Shown: piece by piece, positions 8,991 through 18,648 of the stretch | Layout of the letters: the number at the start of each line of letters is the position of its first letter | Numbering within the stretch: position 1 is the first letter of the stretch | Assembly (NCBI GenBank): GCA_043736905.1 | Contig: JAYTBQ010000043.1 | Coordinates: 1-32,394 of the forward strand | Length of the DNA: 32,394 nt | Direction of reading: 5' to 3' | Source of the DNA: Minisyncoccota bacterium | Lineage (GTDB): Bacteria > Patescibacteriota > Minisyncoccia > Phycocordibacterales > UBA5272 | The notes under the pieces: model-generated | The model's input: only the letters and a program-made list of their open reading frames with translations | Databases searched by the model: none | Told to the model about the DNA's origin: nothing | Translations under genes and position numbers: made by a program

Positions 8991-10064
8991 ATGTATATGT
9001 TTGGACTTTTAAAGAAAGATGATATTGGACAAGCAATAGGACTCGATATTGGCCCTTCATCGGTGAAGGTTGTCCAGCTTCGCAAAGAAAAAAATAAAAT
9101 AATCCTCGACACATATGGAGAAGTTGCTCTTGGACCATATGGAGGGCTTAAGATCGGGCAGGCAGTTCATCTTGGTGAAGAAAAACTCCTTGAGGCAATC
9201 AGGGATTTGTTTCGTGAAGCAAAAATAACAGCGCGTGACGCTGTTGTTGCTGTTGACCCGTCTGATGCTTATGTATCTCTTGTTCATGTGCCTAAAGTTA
9301 CTGATGCTGAGCTTGCAAGTATGATGCCTATTGAGGCAAGAAAGTACATCCCGATTCCGCTTACCGAAATTCAGATGGACTGGTGGCATGTTCCACAGAC
9401 AGTAAAATTTGCTAGCGATGATAAATCTGTCAGCATTGTTCTTGCTGCAGTTAATAATTCCACTCTCATTGGTTATGAGAGTCTTGTAAAAAAACTTGAA
9501 CTTAGAAATACTGAATATGAAATACATGGGTACAGCTTGTTGCGTAGTTCACCTCCACACACCCACAACATGGTGATGTATGTTGATATTGGAGCACAGA
9601 GTACAACGCTATCCCTCGTCTATCAGGGAATAGTACTTGATATGCACGTTCTTGGACGAGGGTCTCAGGAGGGGACAATGCAACTCTCCAAGGCGCTTTC
9701 CATTACTATCGATTCTGCCGAGGAACTTAAGAGAATGTATGGGTATAAAGGGGATGAATCAAGTCCATATCTGAAAGATATTCTTGAACTTTCGAGTTAT
9801 CCCCTATTTGGAGAGGTTGCACGACTATCGCTTATGTACGAAAGAAAGTATAATCAGACTATAGAAGGAATAATTTTTTCTGGAGGAGGTGCACGAGTGC
9901 CGGGGATGATAACTACGTATAGTAAGACCGTTCACATTGCAGGTAGAATTGTAACACCATTTGAACAAGTCATTATACCAGAATTTCTTTCAGAAATGAT
10001 GGAACATGTAGGCCCGGTCTATGCTGTAGCATTAGGATGTGCTCTAAAAAAATTAGTTTCTTAA
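8991..10064 (+). CDS. pilM: type IV pilus assembly protein PilM (actin-like ATPase fold)
   Basis: N-terminal IGLDIGPSSVKVVQL motif. The length and the position at the head of the pilus operon fit PilM. The C-terminal motif is GGGARVPGM. Confidence 0.85.
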   Translation: MYMFGLLKKDDIGQAIGLDIGPSSVKVVQLRKEKNKIILDTYGEVALGPYGGLKIGQAVHLGEEKLLEAIRDLFREAKITARDAVVAVDPSDAYVSLVHVPKVTDAELASMMPIEARKYIPIPLTEIQMDWWHVPQTVKFASDDKSVSIVLAAVNNSTLIGYESLVKKLELRNTEYEIHGYSLLRSSPPHTHNMVMYVDIGAQSTTLSLVYQGIVLDMHVLGRGSQEGTMQLSKALSITIDSAEELKRMYGYKGDESSPYLKDILELSSYPLFGEVARLSLMYERKYNQTIEGIIFSGGGARVPGMITTYSKTVHIAGRIVTPFEQVIIPEFLSEMMEHVGPVYAVALGCALKKLVS

Positions 10065-10073
10065 TCAACATTC

Positions 10074-10805
10074 ATGGCATTTTCATTTACTCCAGCACAA
10101 GTAGCAGCATCCGGAATGGCGGCCCAAGGCGGGGCTGTTCCTATTGTTGCTCCACAAGAAACATCACCGTATCCTGACTCACCTATTGTATTTCTTAGAG
10201 AAATAGGTAAAGAGAAAAGTATTATGGCATATGTGCAGCTTTTTCTTATTGTGCTCTCTATTGTTTCTGTGCTTGCTTCAGGTATGTTATTTGCTTATAC
10301 AAAATATTTAGCATCAAGTATTGAAAGTAAACAAATAGAAATCGCAAATGCTGATGCACAATTTAAAGATTATCCATTTCAAGAGATGCAAAGATTTTCG
10401 GATAGACTAGGAGCGTTGAGTAAAATTTTAGATAGCTATGTTTCTTCTCGCTCACCTTTAAGATTTCTAGAAAATGTAGTTGAAAAAAATGTTCTTTTTA
10501 CTAATTTTTCTCTTTTGAAAAAAAATGACGGTTATGCCATTAATTTAACTGCGATTACTGGAAATTATCGGTTCCTTATTCAGCAACTCGAAGCATTAAA
10601 TTTGACTCAGTATCAATCAGTAGTACCTAAACCAGAGTTAACAAATTTGAAAGATTTAGCTGGTTCTGTGGAAGTTAAGGTTACGTCACCTGTTTTTGTT
10701 CAAGGTAAATTACCCGATGAGATTGTCTTTGTGGAATCATCGTCAGAAAATAATTCTACACAGCCACAAATTGAGGTGCAATCTAGTAGTACAACGCCTC
10801 AATAA
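10074..10805 (+). CDS. PilN-like bitopic pilus assembly protein (assignment by topology and position)
   Basis: It has a single TM segment (VQLFLIVLSIVSVLASGMLFAY) followed by a coiled-coil/periplasmic domain. It lies immediately after pilM. Confidence 0.5.
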   Translation: MAFSFTPAQVAASGMAAQGGAVPIVAPQETSPYPDSPIVFLREIGKEKSIMAYVQLFLIVLSIVSVLASGMLFAYTKYLASSIESKQIEIANADAQFKDYPFQEMQRFSDRLGALSKILDSYVSSRSPLRFLENVVEKNVLFTNFSLLKKNDGYAINLTAITGNYRFLIQQLEALNLTQYQSVVPKPELTNLKDLAGSVEVKVTSPVFVQGKLPDEIVFVESSSENNSTQPQIEVQSSSTTPQ

Positions 10806-10809
10806 TACT

Positions 10810-11418
10810 ATGTCTCCTAAACTTCTTACAATATTACTCATACTGCTTCCGGTTACTCTATATTTTGGATATGTAAGTCCAATGTATTCAGGGAATCCTG
10901 GCCTCATTTGGACCCCCGAAAGAAGTCTTCCTGTTCTTAAATCTACAGATGTTCTTTTGTCACAATCTTTAAATCAGATTGATATTGTCCAAAGAGAGGC
11001 TGGTTCAATCTCAAAAGAATACTCGGGAATTGATCCTCAGCTTATTGTAACTACAACGTTATTACTTCCTGATTCTATAGATCCTATAAAGCTTAGAAAT
11101 GAAGTTTTAAATATTGGCAATAAATCTGGTATTGCAATTTCAGGTCTTACGATTAGTCCTATTAGTAACTTAAATAACCCAAAACTCGGTGCTTATAAGG
11201 TCTCATTTAATATCCGTTCTAAGTATCCAGCATTTAAGGAATTAATGCATAGCTATGAAAAAAGTACACGCCTATTTGTTACTGAGAATTTAACAATTGC
11301 GAGAGTTACTGATGATGAAATACGTGAGAATGCATTAAAAGAAAATAAAATTAATACTGTTGATCTCGAAGAAACTTTGAATATTCAAGTTAGCTTTAAG
11401 GTTCATTATTTAAACTAG
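10810..11418 (+). CDS. PilO-like bitopic pilus assembly protein (assignment by topology and position)
   Basis: The N-terminal TM segment is LLTILLILLPVTLYFGYV. The start is trimmed to ATG 10810, just after the stop of the preceding gene. Confidence 0.45.
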   Translation: MSPKLLTILLILLPVTLYFGYVSPMYSGNPGLIWTPERSLPVLKSTDVLLSQSLNQIDIVQREAGSISKEYSGIDPQLIVTTTLLLPDSIDPIKLRNEVLNIGNKSGIAISGLTISPISNLNNPKLGAYKVSFNIRSKYPAFKELMHSYEKSTRLFVTENLTIARVTDDEIRENALKENKINTVDLEETLNIQVSFKVHYLN

Positions 11419-11424
11419 TATAGT

Positions 11425-11766
11425 ATGCAAATTAGTCTATCAAAATTCGTAGGTTTACTTACTCTAATTATATCAGTTGGTCTTCTTGGAGCTTTTGGTT
11501 ATTTCTCGTATGTAGTCGTGTTTGAAGGCTCTTCTGTTGCGGTTGGAACAAGCATTGAATCAGTAAATGGGGCAGCCTTTGGGCCTAAAATGCAAAAGGC
11601 CGTTAATGCAATGTCAGGTGGTACAGGAAAGATTGCGCTTAAGAAAAAAGATTTAGCCTTTACAGAAAAAGATCTATTTAAATCGTTTACTGATATACCG
11701 GACTCCGTTCCTCTCAGTGATTCACGTGGACGACCGAATCCTTTCGTTCCGTATGTTACTCCTTGA
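11425..11766 (+). CDS. small bitopic pilus-cluster protein, PilP-like C-terminal RGRPNPF motif
   Basis: The N-terminal TM segment is FVGLLTLIISVGLLGAFGYF. The C-terminal motif SRGRPNPFVP resembles the RDPF motif of PilP-type proteins. Confidence 0.45.
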   Translation: MQISLSKFVGLLTLIISVGLLGAFGYFSYVVVFEGSSVAVGTSIESVNGAAFGPKMQKAVNAMSGGTGKIALKKKDLAFTEKDLFKSFTDIPDSVPLSDSRGRPNPFVPYVTP

Positions 11767-13504
11767 CCTTTTTGTTAGTCAAAATAAATTAACCGAAATC
11801 GAAGCAAAAGAAATCGATGCTAGTATTTCCTCGAGTGAAGGGGTACTTGTTGATGATTTACTTGCAAAAAAGAATATAACAAGTGACGAAATCACAGAGG
11901 TGCGCAGTACACTCCATGGGTTACCAATATTTCGTGAAGATATCCCGGAAGATCAAGAGCTTACAAAATATATTAATGTCACTCAATCAAAACAGTTTCT
12001 TGCTGTACCACTTGTTGTGAAAGATGAAGTAATTCTTGTTGGAGTTGTAGATCCAGAGCATGGAAACGTACTTGCAAGTCTTCAATTCCTCTTTGGGGCT
12101 AATCATCAGGCATATAAAGTGTATCTTGTTAGTTATGATGCGTTTAAAAAGCATTTCGGGATAACATCTGCTTCTGATTTGCAAGAAGAAAAAGCAAGTG
12201 TTACTGACAAGATCGCAGACGATGCTGTCTTATCGTATGTTGCAAAAGAAGATGACAAGATGGAAGATGGTCCAGATGACGATATGGACCTTCAAAATAC
12301 CTCTGGTGTGATTGATAAAAATCTCGCGAAATTACCAATACCAGATATCTTCAGTATGTTACTTCGATATGCAATCGATAACGCAGCCAGTGATATCCAT
12401 ATAGAGCATATTGGATTAAGCGTTAGAACGCGTGTTCGTATGGATGGTCGCCTTGAGCAGATTGCAGCGCTTCCAGCTAAACTTCATCCAATGATTATTG
12501 CTCGTGTAAAGATTTTGTGTGGAATGAAGCTGGATGAAAAAAGAAAGCCACAAGATGGACGCTTTAGTACGAAATTTGGTGACAGAAAGATAGATTACCG
12601 TGTTTCGTCGTTCCCTGGGTATTATGGAGAAAAGATTGTAATTCGTATCTTGGATAGCGTAAAAGGGGTAAAACTTCTCAATGATCTTGGCTTTTCAACG
12701 CTCCAGATGTCACAAATCCGTGACGCGCTAGGTGCTCCATACGGAATGATCCTCATCTCTGGTCCTACAGGGTCCGGAAAAACAACAACGCTCTATTCGA
12801 TGCTAAATGAGATAGATAGAGACCACAGAAATGTGGTGTCTCTTGAGGATCCTATCGAATACAACGTAGGGGGAATGAACCAGTCACAGGTGTTTCCTGA
12901 TATTGGGTACACCTTTGCTTCTGGACTTAGGTCAATACTTCGTCAAGATCCCGATGTAATCATGGTGGGAGAAATTCGAGATGGAGAAACAGCACAGCTA
13001 GCTATTCAGGCCGCTCTCACTGGTCACTTGGTGTTCTCAACAATCCACACCAACACAGCAATTGGTGTAGTGACACGACTACTCGACATGGGTATTGAGC
13101 CGTATCTCATCGCTCCAGTGCTCATTGCTGCGCTTGGACAGCGTCTGTCTCGACAGATTGCAGAAGGGTGTGGTATTCCAATGGAGATGACACCTTCCCT
13201 TAAGGAAATGGTGGAAAAACAATTTGCCAACCTTGATGATGTTTTTAAGAAAGAATTTCAGGTAGAGAGACCTCTCTATGAGGTTAAGGTGACAGAACAG
13301 TATCCAACAGGTATGAAGGGTCGTATTCCTGTGTTTGAGGTACTTACCATTACAGATGAAATTGAGGAAGCTATTCTTCGCAATAAAGGAGAAGAGGAAA
13401 TACGAAAACTTGCACGAAAGAATGGCATGGTTACCATCAAAGAAGACGCAATGATTAAATGCATGGGAGGGAAGGTGCCATTTACAGAATTGGCAGAGTT
13501 ATAA
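11753..13504 (+). CDS. pilB: type IV pilus extension ATPase PilB (GspE family)
   Basis: N-terminal MshEN-like domain. Walker A GPTGSGKTTT. Asp box EDPIEY. Walker B DPDVIMVGEIRD. His box ALTGHLVFSTIHTN. The start is taken at ATG 11753, a 14-nt overlap with the upstream gene. Confidence 0.92.
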   Translation: MLLLDLFVSQNKLTEIEAKEIDASISSSEGVLVDDLLAKKNITSDEITEVRSTLHGLPIFREDIPEDQELTKYINVTQSKQFLAVPLVVKDEVILVGVVDPEHGNVLASLQFLFGANHQAYKVYLVSYDAFKKHFGITSASDLQEEKASVTDKIADDAVLSYVAKEDDKMEDGPDDDMDLQNTSGVIDKNLAKLPIPDIFSMLLRYAIDNAASDIHIEHIGLSVRTRVRMDGRLEQIAALPAKLHPMIIARVKILCGMKLDEKRKPQDGRFSTKFGDRKIDYRVSSFPGYYGEKIVIRILDSVKGVKLLNDLGFSTLQMSQIRDALGAPYGMILISGPTGSGKTTTLYSMLNEIDRDHRNVVSLEDPIEYNVGGMNQSQVFPDIGYTFASGLRSILRQDPDVIMVGEIRDGETAQLAIQAALTGHLVFSTIHTNTAIGVVTRLLDMGIEPYLIAPVLIAALGQRLSRQIAEGCGIPMEMTPSLKEMVEKQFANLDDVFKKEFQVERPLYEVKVTEQYPTGMKGRIPVFEVLTITDEIEEAILRNKGEEEIRKLARKNGMVTIKEDAMIKCMGGKVPFTELAEL

Positions 13505-13802
13505 GAGTTAGAAGATAGAATACATACCGCTTCACTGGCAGATAAGAGACAGTCGCAGACCATAGATTTCTACATTAACAGATAAAAGAAAGACCAAGAG
13601 AATCGGTAGAACATAAATATTTGACATTGTACAGACGATGATTAAGTTTTTTTATCCTCTATCTGCAAAGTGATCTACTTTCTTCTTGTCTTGCTTCTAA
13701 GTTATACAATTGTTATTACCTTAATGGCTGATATACTTCAATATATGTTGAGAGTAATAATTGTTTTTCTAAAAGAATCACTCACTCACTAAATAATACC
13801 CT

Positions 13803-14861
13803 ATGAATTACGAAACAGAGCTTGATGATATCATTATGACCCTTGTAAAAGAAAAGGGGTCAGACTTACATTTTACTGTGGGTAACTTTCCAACAATACG
13901 TGTTAATAGAGAACTTGTTCCTCTTACTCGAAAAAAAGAACTCAATGACAATGATACACTAGGCTTTCTTCGTCAAATGATAGGGGAAAAGGCACTTACT
14001 AATTTTGTGATTACTCAAGAAACAGACTTTTCATATGTTCACCGTAATGAGTACCGCCTTCGAGTGAATGCATCATTTCAGCGTGGTCTTATTTCGATAG
14101 CAATGCGTCTTGTTCCTGCTGTTCGAAACATTGCTTCCCTTGGTCTTCCTGAGCAATTGGTTCACATCTCGAGAGAGAGACAGGGATTTTTTATCATCGT
14201 CGGTTCTGTTGGTCAAGGTAAATCAACGACACTTGCTGCGATGATTGAACAGATTAATGTTGAGTCAAAGCGTCACATTCTCACCATTGAAGACCCTATA
14301 GAGTTTCACTTTAATCAAAGTAAGTCCATTATTGAGCAACGTGAGGTGGGGACCGATACAAATGATTTCAATACCGCGCTTGTACACTCACTTCGTCAAG
14401 ATGTTGACGTTATTATGGTTGGAGAAATGAACGAGAGGGAGACCATGTCAGCTGCTGTTACCGCCGCTGAGACGGGGCACTTGGTACTTGCAACTATTCA
14501 CAGTAATTCTGCTGCTCAAACGATTGATCGCATTATCGATGCCTTCCCAGGAGATGAACAGAATCAAATTCGTTTACAGCTTGCTTCATCACTTATTGGA
14601 ACGCTTTATCAGCATCTTGTTCCTTCTACAGACGGTGGTTTGGTTCCTATATTTGAACTGTTGCTTAATACTGGAGCAACTGCGAACTTGATACGAGAAA
14701 GTCGTACTAATGAGCTAGAAACAATTATAGAGACCGGGTCTGATGAAGGAATGATTGACCTCGATAGATATCTTGCGTCACTTGTCAGAAAAGGCACAAT
14801 CACACCTGAGACAGGATTTGCATTCTGCAGAAGAAAAGCAATTTTCGACAGACTCCTCTAG
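13803..14861 (+). CDS. pilT: type IV pilus retraction ATPase PilT
   Basis: N-terminal GSDLHFTVGNFPTIRV motif. Walker A GSVGQGKSTT. Further motifs: EDPIEF, DVDVIMVGEM, ETGHLVLATIHSN. Confidence 0.9.
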   Translation: MNYETELDDIIMTLVKEKGSDLHFTVGNFPTIRVNRELVPLTRKKELNDNDTLGFLRQMIGEKALTNFVITQETDFSYVHRNEYRLRVNASFQRGLISIAMRLVPAVRNIASLGLPEQLVHISRERQGFFIIVGSVGQGKSTTLAAMIEQINVESKRHILTIEDPIEFHFNQSKSIIEQREVGTDTNDFNTALVHSLRQDVDVIMVGEMNERETMSAAVTAAETGHLVLATIHSNSAAQTIDRIIDAFPGDEQNQIRLQLASSLIGTLYQHLVPSTDGGLVPIFELLLNTGATANLIRESRTNELETIIETGSDEGMIDLDRYLASLVRKGTITPETGFAFCRRKAIFDRLL

Positions 14862-14882
14862 TAGTTGCATGTTAATCACACT

Positions 14883-16106
14883 ATGAAATATCATTATGTA
14901 ACACAAAATGTAAACGGCAATCGAGAAGAAGGCGATGTTGAGGCGGCAACTCTTGATGCGGCTATTTCTTTGCTACAAAAAATGGGCATTAACCCTATTC
15001 TTGAGGTAAAAGAGAAGGTGTATAAGGAGAACAACATCCTCTATACAATCAATAAAAAGTTTTTAAAAGAAAAAATAAAATCAAAAGATGTCGTATTGTT
15101 TTCAAGGCAGGTTTCCACTCTTTTTGAGGCGGGAGTTTCTGCTCTTCGAGCTTTTCGTCTTCTTGCCCAAGAGAATGAGAACAAGAGCCTTCAGGAGCAG
15201 GTAATGCTTGTTGCAGATGATATTGAGTCAGGTGTTTCACTTTCAGAAGCGCTTTCCCGTCAGCCAGAATTATTTTCTAACTTCTACGTTAACATGGTCA
15301 AGGCTGGAGAAGAAAGTGGTAAGTTAAATGAGGTCTTTCTCTTCTTGGCAGATTACCTTGATCGTAACTATGAGCTTAACCAGAAGATTAAAAAGGCGCT
15401 CACGTACCCATCATTTGTTATTGGAACCTTTTTTGCAATCATGGTAGGTATGCTTACTTTTGTGGTACCAAAGATGGCTAATATGTTTTCTGAAGAAGGC
15501 GCAACACTTCCCCTTGTTACACGTATTGTGCTCTTTGCTTCTGACTTGTTTGTTAAATACGGCCCTATTACTTTTCCAATGCTTGGTATTGGGTATTTAA
15601 TCTTTAGACGTTGGTCTAAGACAGAAGAGGGTCATCTCGCTATTGATGAGTTTACACTTAAAGTCCCAGTGCTTAAGAATCTTATACAAAAGATCTTTTT
15701 GCAGCGACTCGCGGATAATATGAATATGATGCTTTCAAATGGTGTACCAATTGTTAAGTCAATTGATATCACAACATCAATTGTTGAGAACATTGTCTAT
15801 AAGCGTCTTTTAGCACGCGTCTCTGAAAAGGTTCAAAATGGTAAGGCTCTGTCTAAAGCACTCTACGAAGAACCTCTTATTCCTAACATTCTTGTACAGA
15901 TGGTGCATATTGGAGAGGAAACAGGAGAACTTGGATATATTCTTAAAAACCTTGCTGAATTTTATCGTAGAGAGTTGGATACTGCTATTGATAGTATGAT
16001 TGGTCTTATCGAGCCTGCTATGATCGTGAGCCTTGGCCTTGGTGTTGGTGTACTCGTGTCTGCGATTCTTCTGCCGATGTATTCACTTACAGATGCAATT
16101 AAATAG
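14883..16106 (+). CDS. pilC: type IV pilus platform protein PilC (T2SS-F family)
   Basis: Two T2SSF repeats are present (LFSRQVSTLFEAGVS..., LADNMNMMLSNGVPI...) with three TM segments. ATG 14883 is preferred over TTG 14865. Confidence 0.9.
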   Translation: MKYHYVTQNVNGNREEGDVEAATLDAAISLLQKMGINPILEVKEKVYKENNILYTINKKFLKEKIKSKDVVLFSRQVSTLFEAGVSALRAFRLLAQENENKSLQEQVMLVADDIESGVSLSEALSRQPELFSNFYVNMVKAGEESGKLNEVFLFLADYLDRNYELNQKIKKALTYPSFVIGTFFAIMVGMLTFVVPKMANMFSEEGATLPLVTRIVLFASDLFVKYGPITFPMLGIGYLIFRRWSKTEEGHLAIDEFTLKVPVLKNLIQKIFLQRLADNMNMMLSNGVPIVKSIDITTSIVENIVYKRLLARVSEKVQNGKALSKALYEEPLIPNILVQMVHIGEETGELGYILKNLAEFYRRELDTAIDSMIGLIEPAMIVSLGLGVGVLVSAILLPMYSLTDAIK

Positions 16107-16206
16107 CAAAAAAGAACAGTATACCTCTTTCAAAAGTCTACAGCTCATAGTTATAGAGTCCTGCCATCAGACTAAGTCGTAGTCCAAATCTACGTCTCTT
16201 GTTTCT

Positions 16207-16498
16207 CTATCTATCAGAGAGTATTCTAAATCTCTTTAACATACGTAGTATATTCTCATCAACAATTCTTTCTTTTGAAACTTCTTTGCTAGGTTTCTTC
16301 TCTTCCTTAGTCCGCACAAATCCTTCCGCGTCGTAAGCCTGTAAGATGGAGCGAGTCAATGTTTTGTAATCAAAACATGTTGAACAACATAGTTGTTAAA
16401 CTAGATCAATCCAAAGGATTGCGTCTAATCCGCTGTGACGTCAGCCTAGTACTTGCAAAAGTTTGTCTTGAGTATCTCCTTATTACCTCGTGTAATGA
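16207..16498 (-). pseudogene. decayed HicA-like toxin gene (two frame-shifted fragments)
   Basis: Minus-strand fragment 16406..16498 translates to SLHEVIRRYSRQTFASTRLTSQRIRRNPLD*. It resembles the HicA N-terminal half (..EVIk.L...GF...R..GSH.i.rnP.g) with GSH replaced by TSQ. Fragment 16207..16395 (...CFDYKTLTRSILQAYDAEGFVRTK...) is 42/49 nt identical to 32288..32336. Confidence 0.4.
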
Positions 16499-16762
16499 CT
16501 ATCTGGACTTTAATAGTGTGCTTCTTCTTGCTAGAGTGCGAATGTTTCTGGTATTTTCGTGATGTTCAATAGCTGATTCACTAATGTCTACTACTACAAC
16601 AACTTGTATGTCTAAATCTTCGCATATCTCTTTCCTGCTCGGCAATTTGAACTCGTGAGTTTGTATTAAAATATCTTCTACTTTCTTTCTGATTTTATAT
16701 GCATTAGCCTCACTTACTTCATGAATCTCTACTTTACATAAATATGCTCTGTACTCTTTCAT
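16499..16762 (-). CDS. 87-aa ORF, possible truncated HicB/UPF0150-like antitoxin remnant
   Basis: MKEYRAYL.KVE...SEANAYKIRKKVEDILIQTHEFKLPS weakly resembles the HicB N-terminal domain (MkeY.a.i.k.e...t.eEAl.n.keai...le....lP.p). The central beta-strand region appears deleted. The ORF lies directly upstream of the hicA-like fragments. Confidence 0.3.
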   Translation of the reverse strand: MKEYRAYLCKVEIHEVSEANAYKIRKKVEDILIQTHEFKLPSRKEICEDLDIQVVVVVDISESAIEHHENTRNIRTLARRSTLLKSR

Positions 16763-17114
16763 ACAATCTGCACCATTACTTCAAATGTACGTTTCTTTAC
16801 TCCTGTCCTTCTTCTAAACTTCTCATTATTAAGTTAAATTACTTTAGTGTATATACACTAAGTATATTGAGGGAAGGGGACTTTTGAAAGTGGTCTACTA
16901 TATTAGTAGAAGACAGAAAGATATGAGGACAATATATCAGATTGTAAGCATATTTTTAAATACAAGAAAGATCTTGCATTTTTCTGTATTCTATACTCAG
17001 ATTTTTAATCTGTGTCAAAATCCCCTAGTTATCCACACTATTTAATCAGAGAACTTGTTTTTTGTGAGCAAGTAGGTATATACTTTATCTTATCTACAAA
17101 AGATAGAAAAAATT

Positions 17115-17831
17115 ATGTCAAACACATTTACAAAAAATAGTTTCCGCGGATTTACCCTTATTGAGCTTCTTGTTGTTATTGCAATTATTGGTTTGCTCTC
17201 CACTATCATCGCCGCCCCAATTCAAAGTGCTCGTAAGAAGGCTCGTGATGCTAAGAAGATCGCCGAACTTAAGTCCACACAGCTTGCGCTTGAACAGTAC
17301 GCTGAATCTAACTCAGCACAGTATCCTATAACTCTCGCTGCCCTCTCACCACAGTTTATGCCACTTCTTTCAGGATTCGCTAGTTCAACAACATCAAATG
17401 CTCGTGATGCTTACGTTTACGCAACATACGAAGCTCGTGCAGCAGGAGCAGCATCTACTACGTTTTCTTATCACATAGGTTCAAAGCTTGAAGTATATGG
17501 TCCAGCACTTGAAACTGACCGAGACTGTATCGGTGCTACACTAGGTAATGCGCTCGTTTCGCCTGCTTGTGCTGTATATAATGGAGGTTTCATGCATTCT
17601 ACTCTATTAAACAATGGATCTCAGATTGCATCAGCTAATGCTTCATCAGGTTGGGCTATAAACTTCCCGGCAACCTTCCCTTCAGCTGGAAATGTATATA
17701 CAGGTTCTGACTTTGAAGCTCTCTGGCGCACAGTTCTATTTACAGGTATGGTTAACGGACTTTCAGAGTATTCTTCATCTACATGTGTAGGAGCAAATGA
17801 TTGTATGTTCGATGCAACTTCACAGCAGTAA
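17115..17831 (+). CDS. pilA: major type IV pilin (class III signal peptide)
   Basis: Prepilin leader and cleavage/methylation motif MSNTFTKNSFRG|FTLIELLVVIAIIGLL. The C-terminal region contains two Cys pairs. The gene is followed by pilD. Confidence 0.88.
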   Translation: MSNTFTKNSFRGFTLIELLVVIAIIGLLSTIIAAPIQSARKKARDAKKIAELKSTQLALEQYAESNSAQYPITLAALSPQFMPLLSGFASSTTSNARDAYVYATYEARAAGAASTTFSYHIGSKLEVYGPALETDRDCIGATLGNALVSPACAVYNGGFMHSTLLNNGSQIASANASSGWAINFPATFPSAGNVYTGSDFEALWRTVLFTGMVNGLSEYSSSTCVGANDCMFDATSQQ

Positions 17832-17856
17832 AGTATAGCTTAAATAACGTTTTGAT

Positions 17857-18633
17857 GTGTTAGCTATCTTATCATTCATCTTTGGCGCTTCAATCGGAAG
17901 TTTTGTGCAAGTTGTCGCTTCACGACTTCATATTGCACCAATTACGAAAGGGCGTAGTAAGTGCCTTTCCTGCGGAGAGGCACTTCGCCCATCTGACCTA
18001 ATTCCACTCATCTCCTATCTTTGGTTGCGTGGAAAGTGCCGCTATTGCAAAAGTACCTACGGAGTATCTGCTCTTGTTGTAGAAATAATTTTTGGAACAA
18101 CGTTTCTCTTGCTATATCTGGTAATCCTTGCTGGACAGCCAACGTTGTTACTAAGTATTATATCGCTTGTGTACTATTCTGTTCTCTTTGGTGTTCTTGG
18201 TGTCATGGCATTGTATGATAGAGCACATTCATATATTCCATCAGGATTTCTCCTGTCGTATATTGTTCTTACGTTTATTGTCTATCTTAATAATGTTTTT
18301 AGAGATCCTTCTCCCATGGTGATTCTCGGACCATTTATTGTAGCATTTCCTTTTGCACTTATCTGGATAATTACGAAAGGAAGAGGTCTTGGATTTGGTG
18401 ATATCATTCTCTTTGTTGGTGTTGGTGCATTCTTTGGTACCTCTCAAGGATTTGCTGTTCTTATGATTTCTGTATGGCTTGGTGCAATAGTCGGACTATA
18501 CATAAAATACATAGTAAATAATAAAAAAATTGGACCAACTCCTATGCCGTTTGTTCCTTTTATTGTTATCGCGTTCTTGATTGTATTGTTCACAGGTGTT
18601 GATGTCTTTTCCATCGCAATGTTTCTAATGTAG
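17857..18633 (+). CDS. pilD: prepilin peptidase / N-methyltransferase PilD (A24 family)
   Basis: GTG start. Cys motifs CLSCGE...CRYCKS. Catalytic Asp motifs ALYDRAHSYIP and GLGFGDIILF. The protein is polytopic. Confidence 0.88.
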   Translation: MLAILSFIFGASIGSFVQVVASRLHIAPITKGRSKCLSCGEALRPSDLIPLISYLWLRGKCRYCKSTYGVSALVVEIIFGTTFLLLYLVILAGQPTLLLSIISLVYYSVLFGVLGVMALYDRAHSYIPSGFLLSYIVLTFIVYLNNVFRDPSPMVILGPFIVAFPFALIWIITKGRGLGFGDIILFVGVGAFFGTSQGFAVLMISVWLGAIVGLYIKYIVNNKKIGPTPMPFVPFIVIAFLIVLFTGVDVFSIAMFLM

Positions 18634-18648
18634 TGTTATTATATAGTA

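Noticed and set aside
8945-9112. N-terminal extensions of track ORFs: comF to 9112, PilO-like from 10696, pilB from 11717, pilC from 14865, ung from 6263, 29148, 31685, 19286 and 20694.
   Set aside because: The extensions overlap the preceding gene, a tRNA or a promoter box. Internal ATGs placed just after the upstream stop or next to an SD or -10 box give the expected N-termini, such as a prepilin leader, a TM anchor or a zinc finger.
16362-16375. The 14-mer ttttgtaatcaaaa, shared by the hicA relic (16362..16375) and the cassette hairpin loop (31613..31626), as a possible common RNA motif.
   Set aside because: A 14-nt AT-rich match is expected by chance several times in a 32-kb AT-rich window. 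At 16.3 kb it is explained by the coding remnant (CFDYKT).
16107-17114. Diversity-generating retroelement or retron in the gap next to the pilin genes.
   Set aside because: No reverse-transcriptase ORF and no template/variable repeat pair with adenine-specific differences was seen anywhere in the window. The gap is better explained by toxin-antitoxin remnants.
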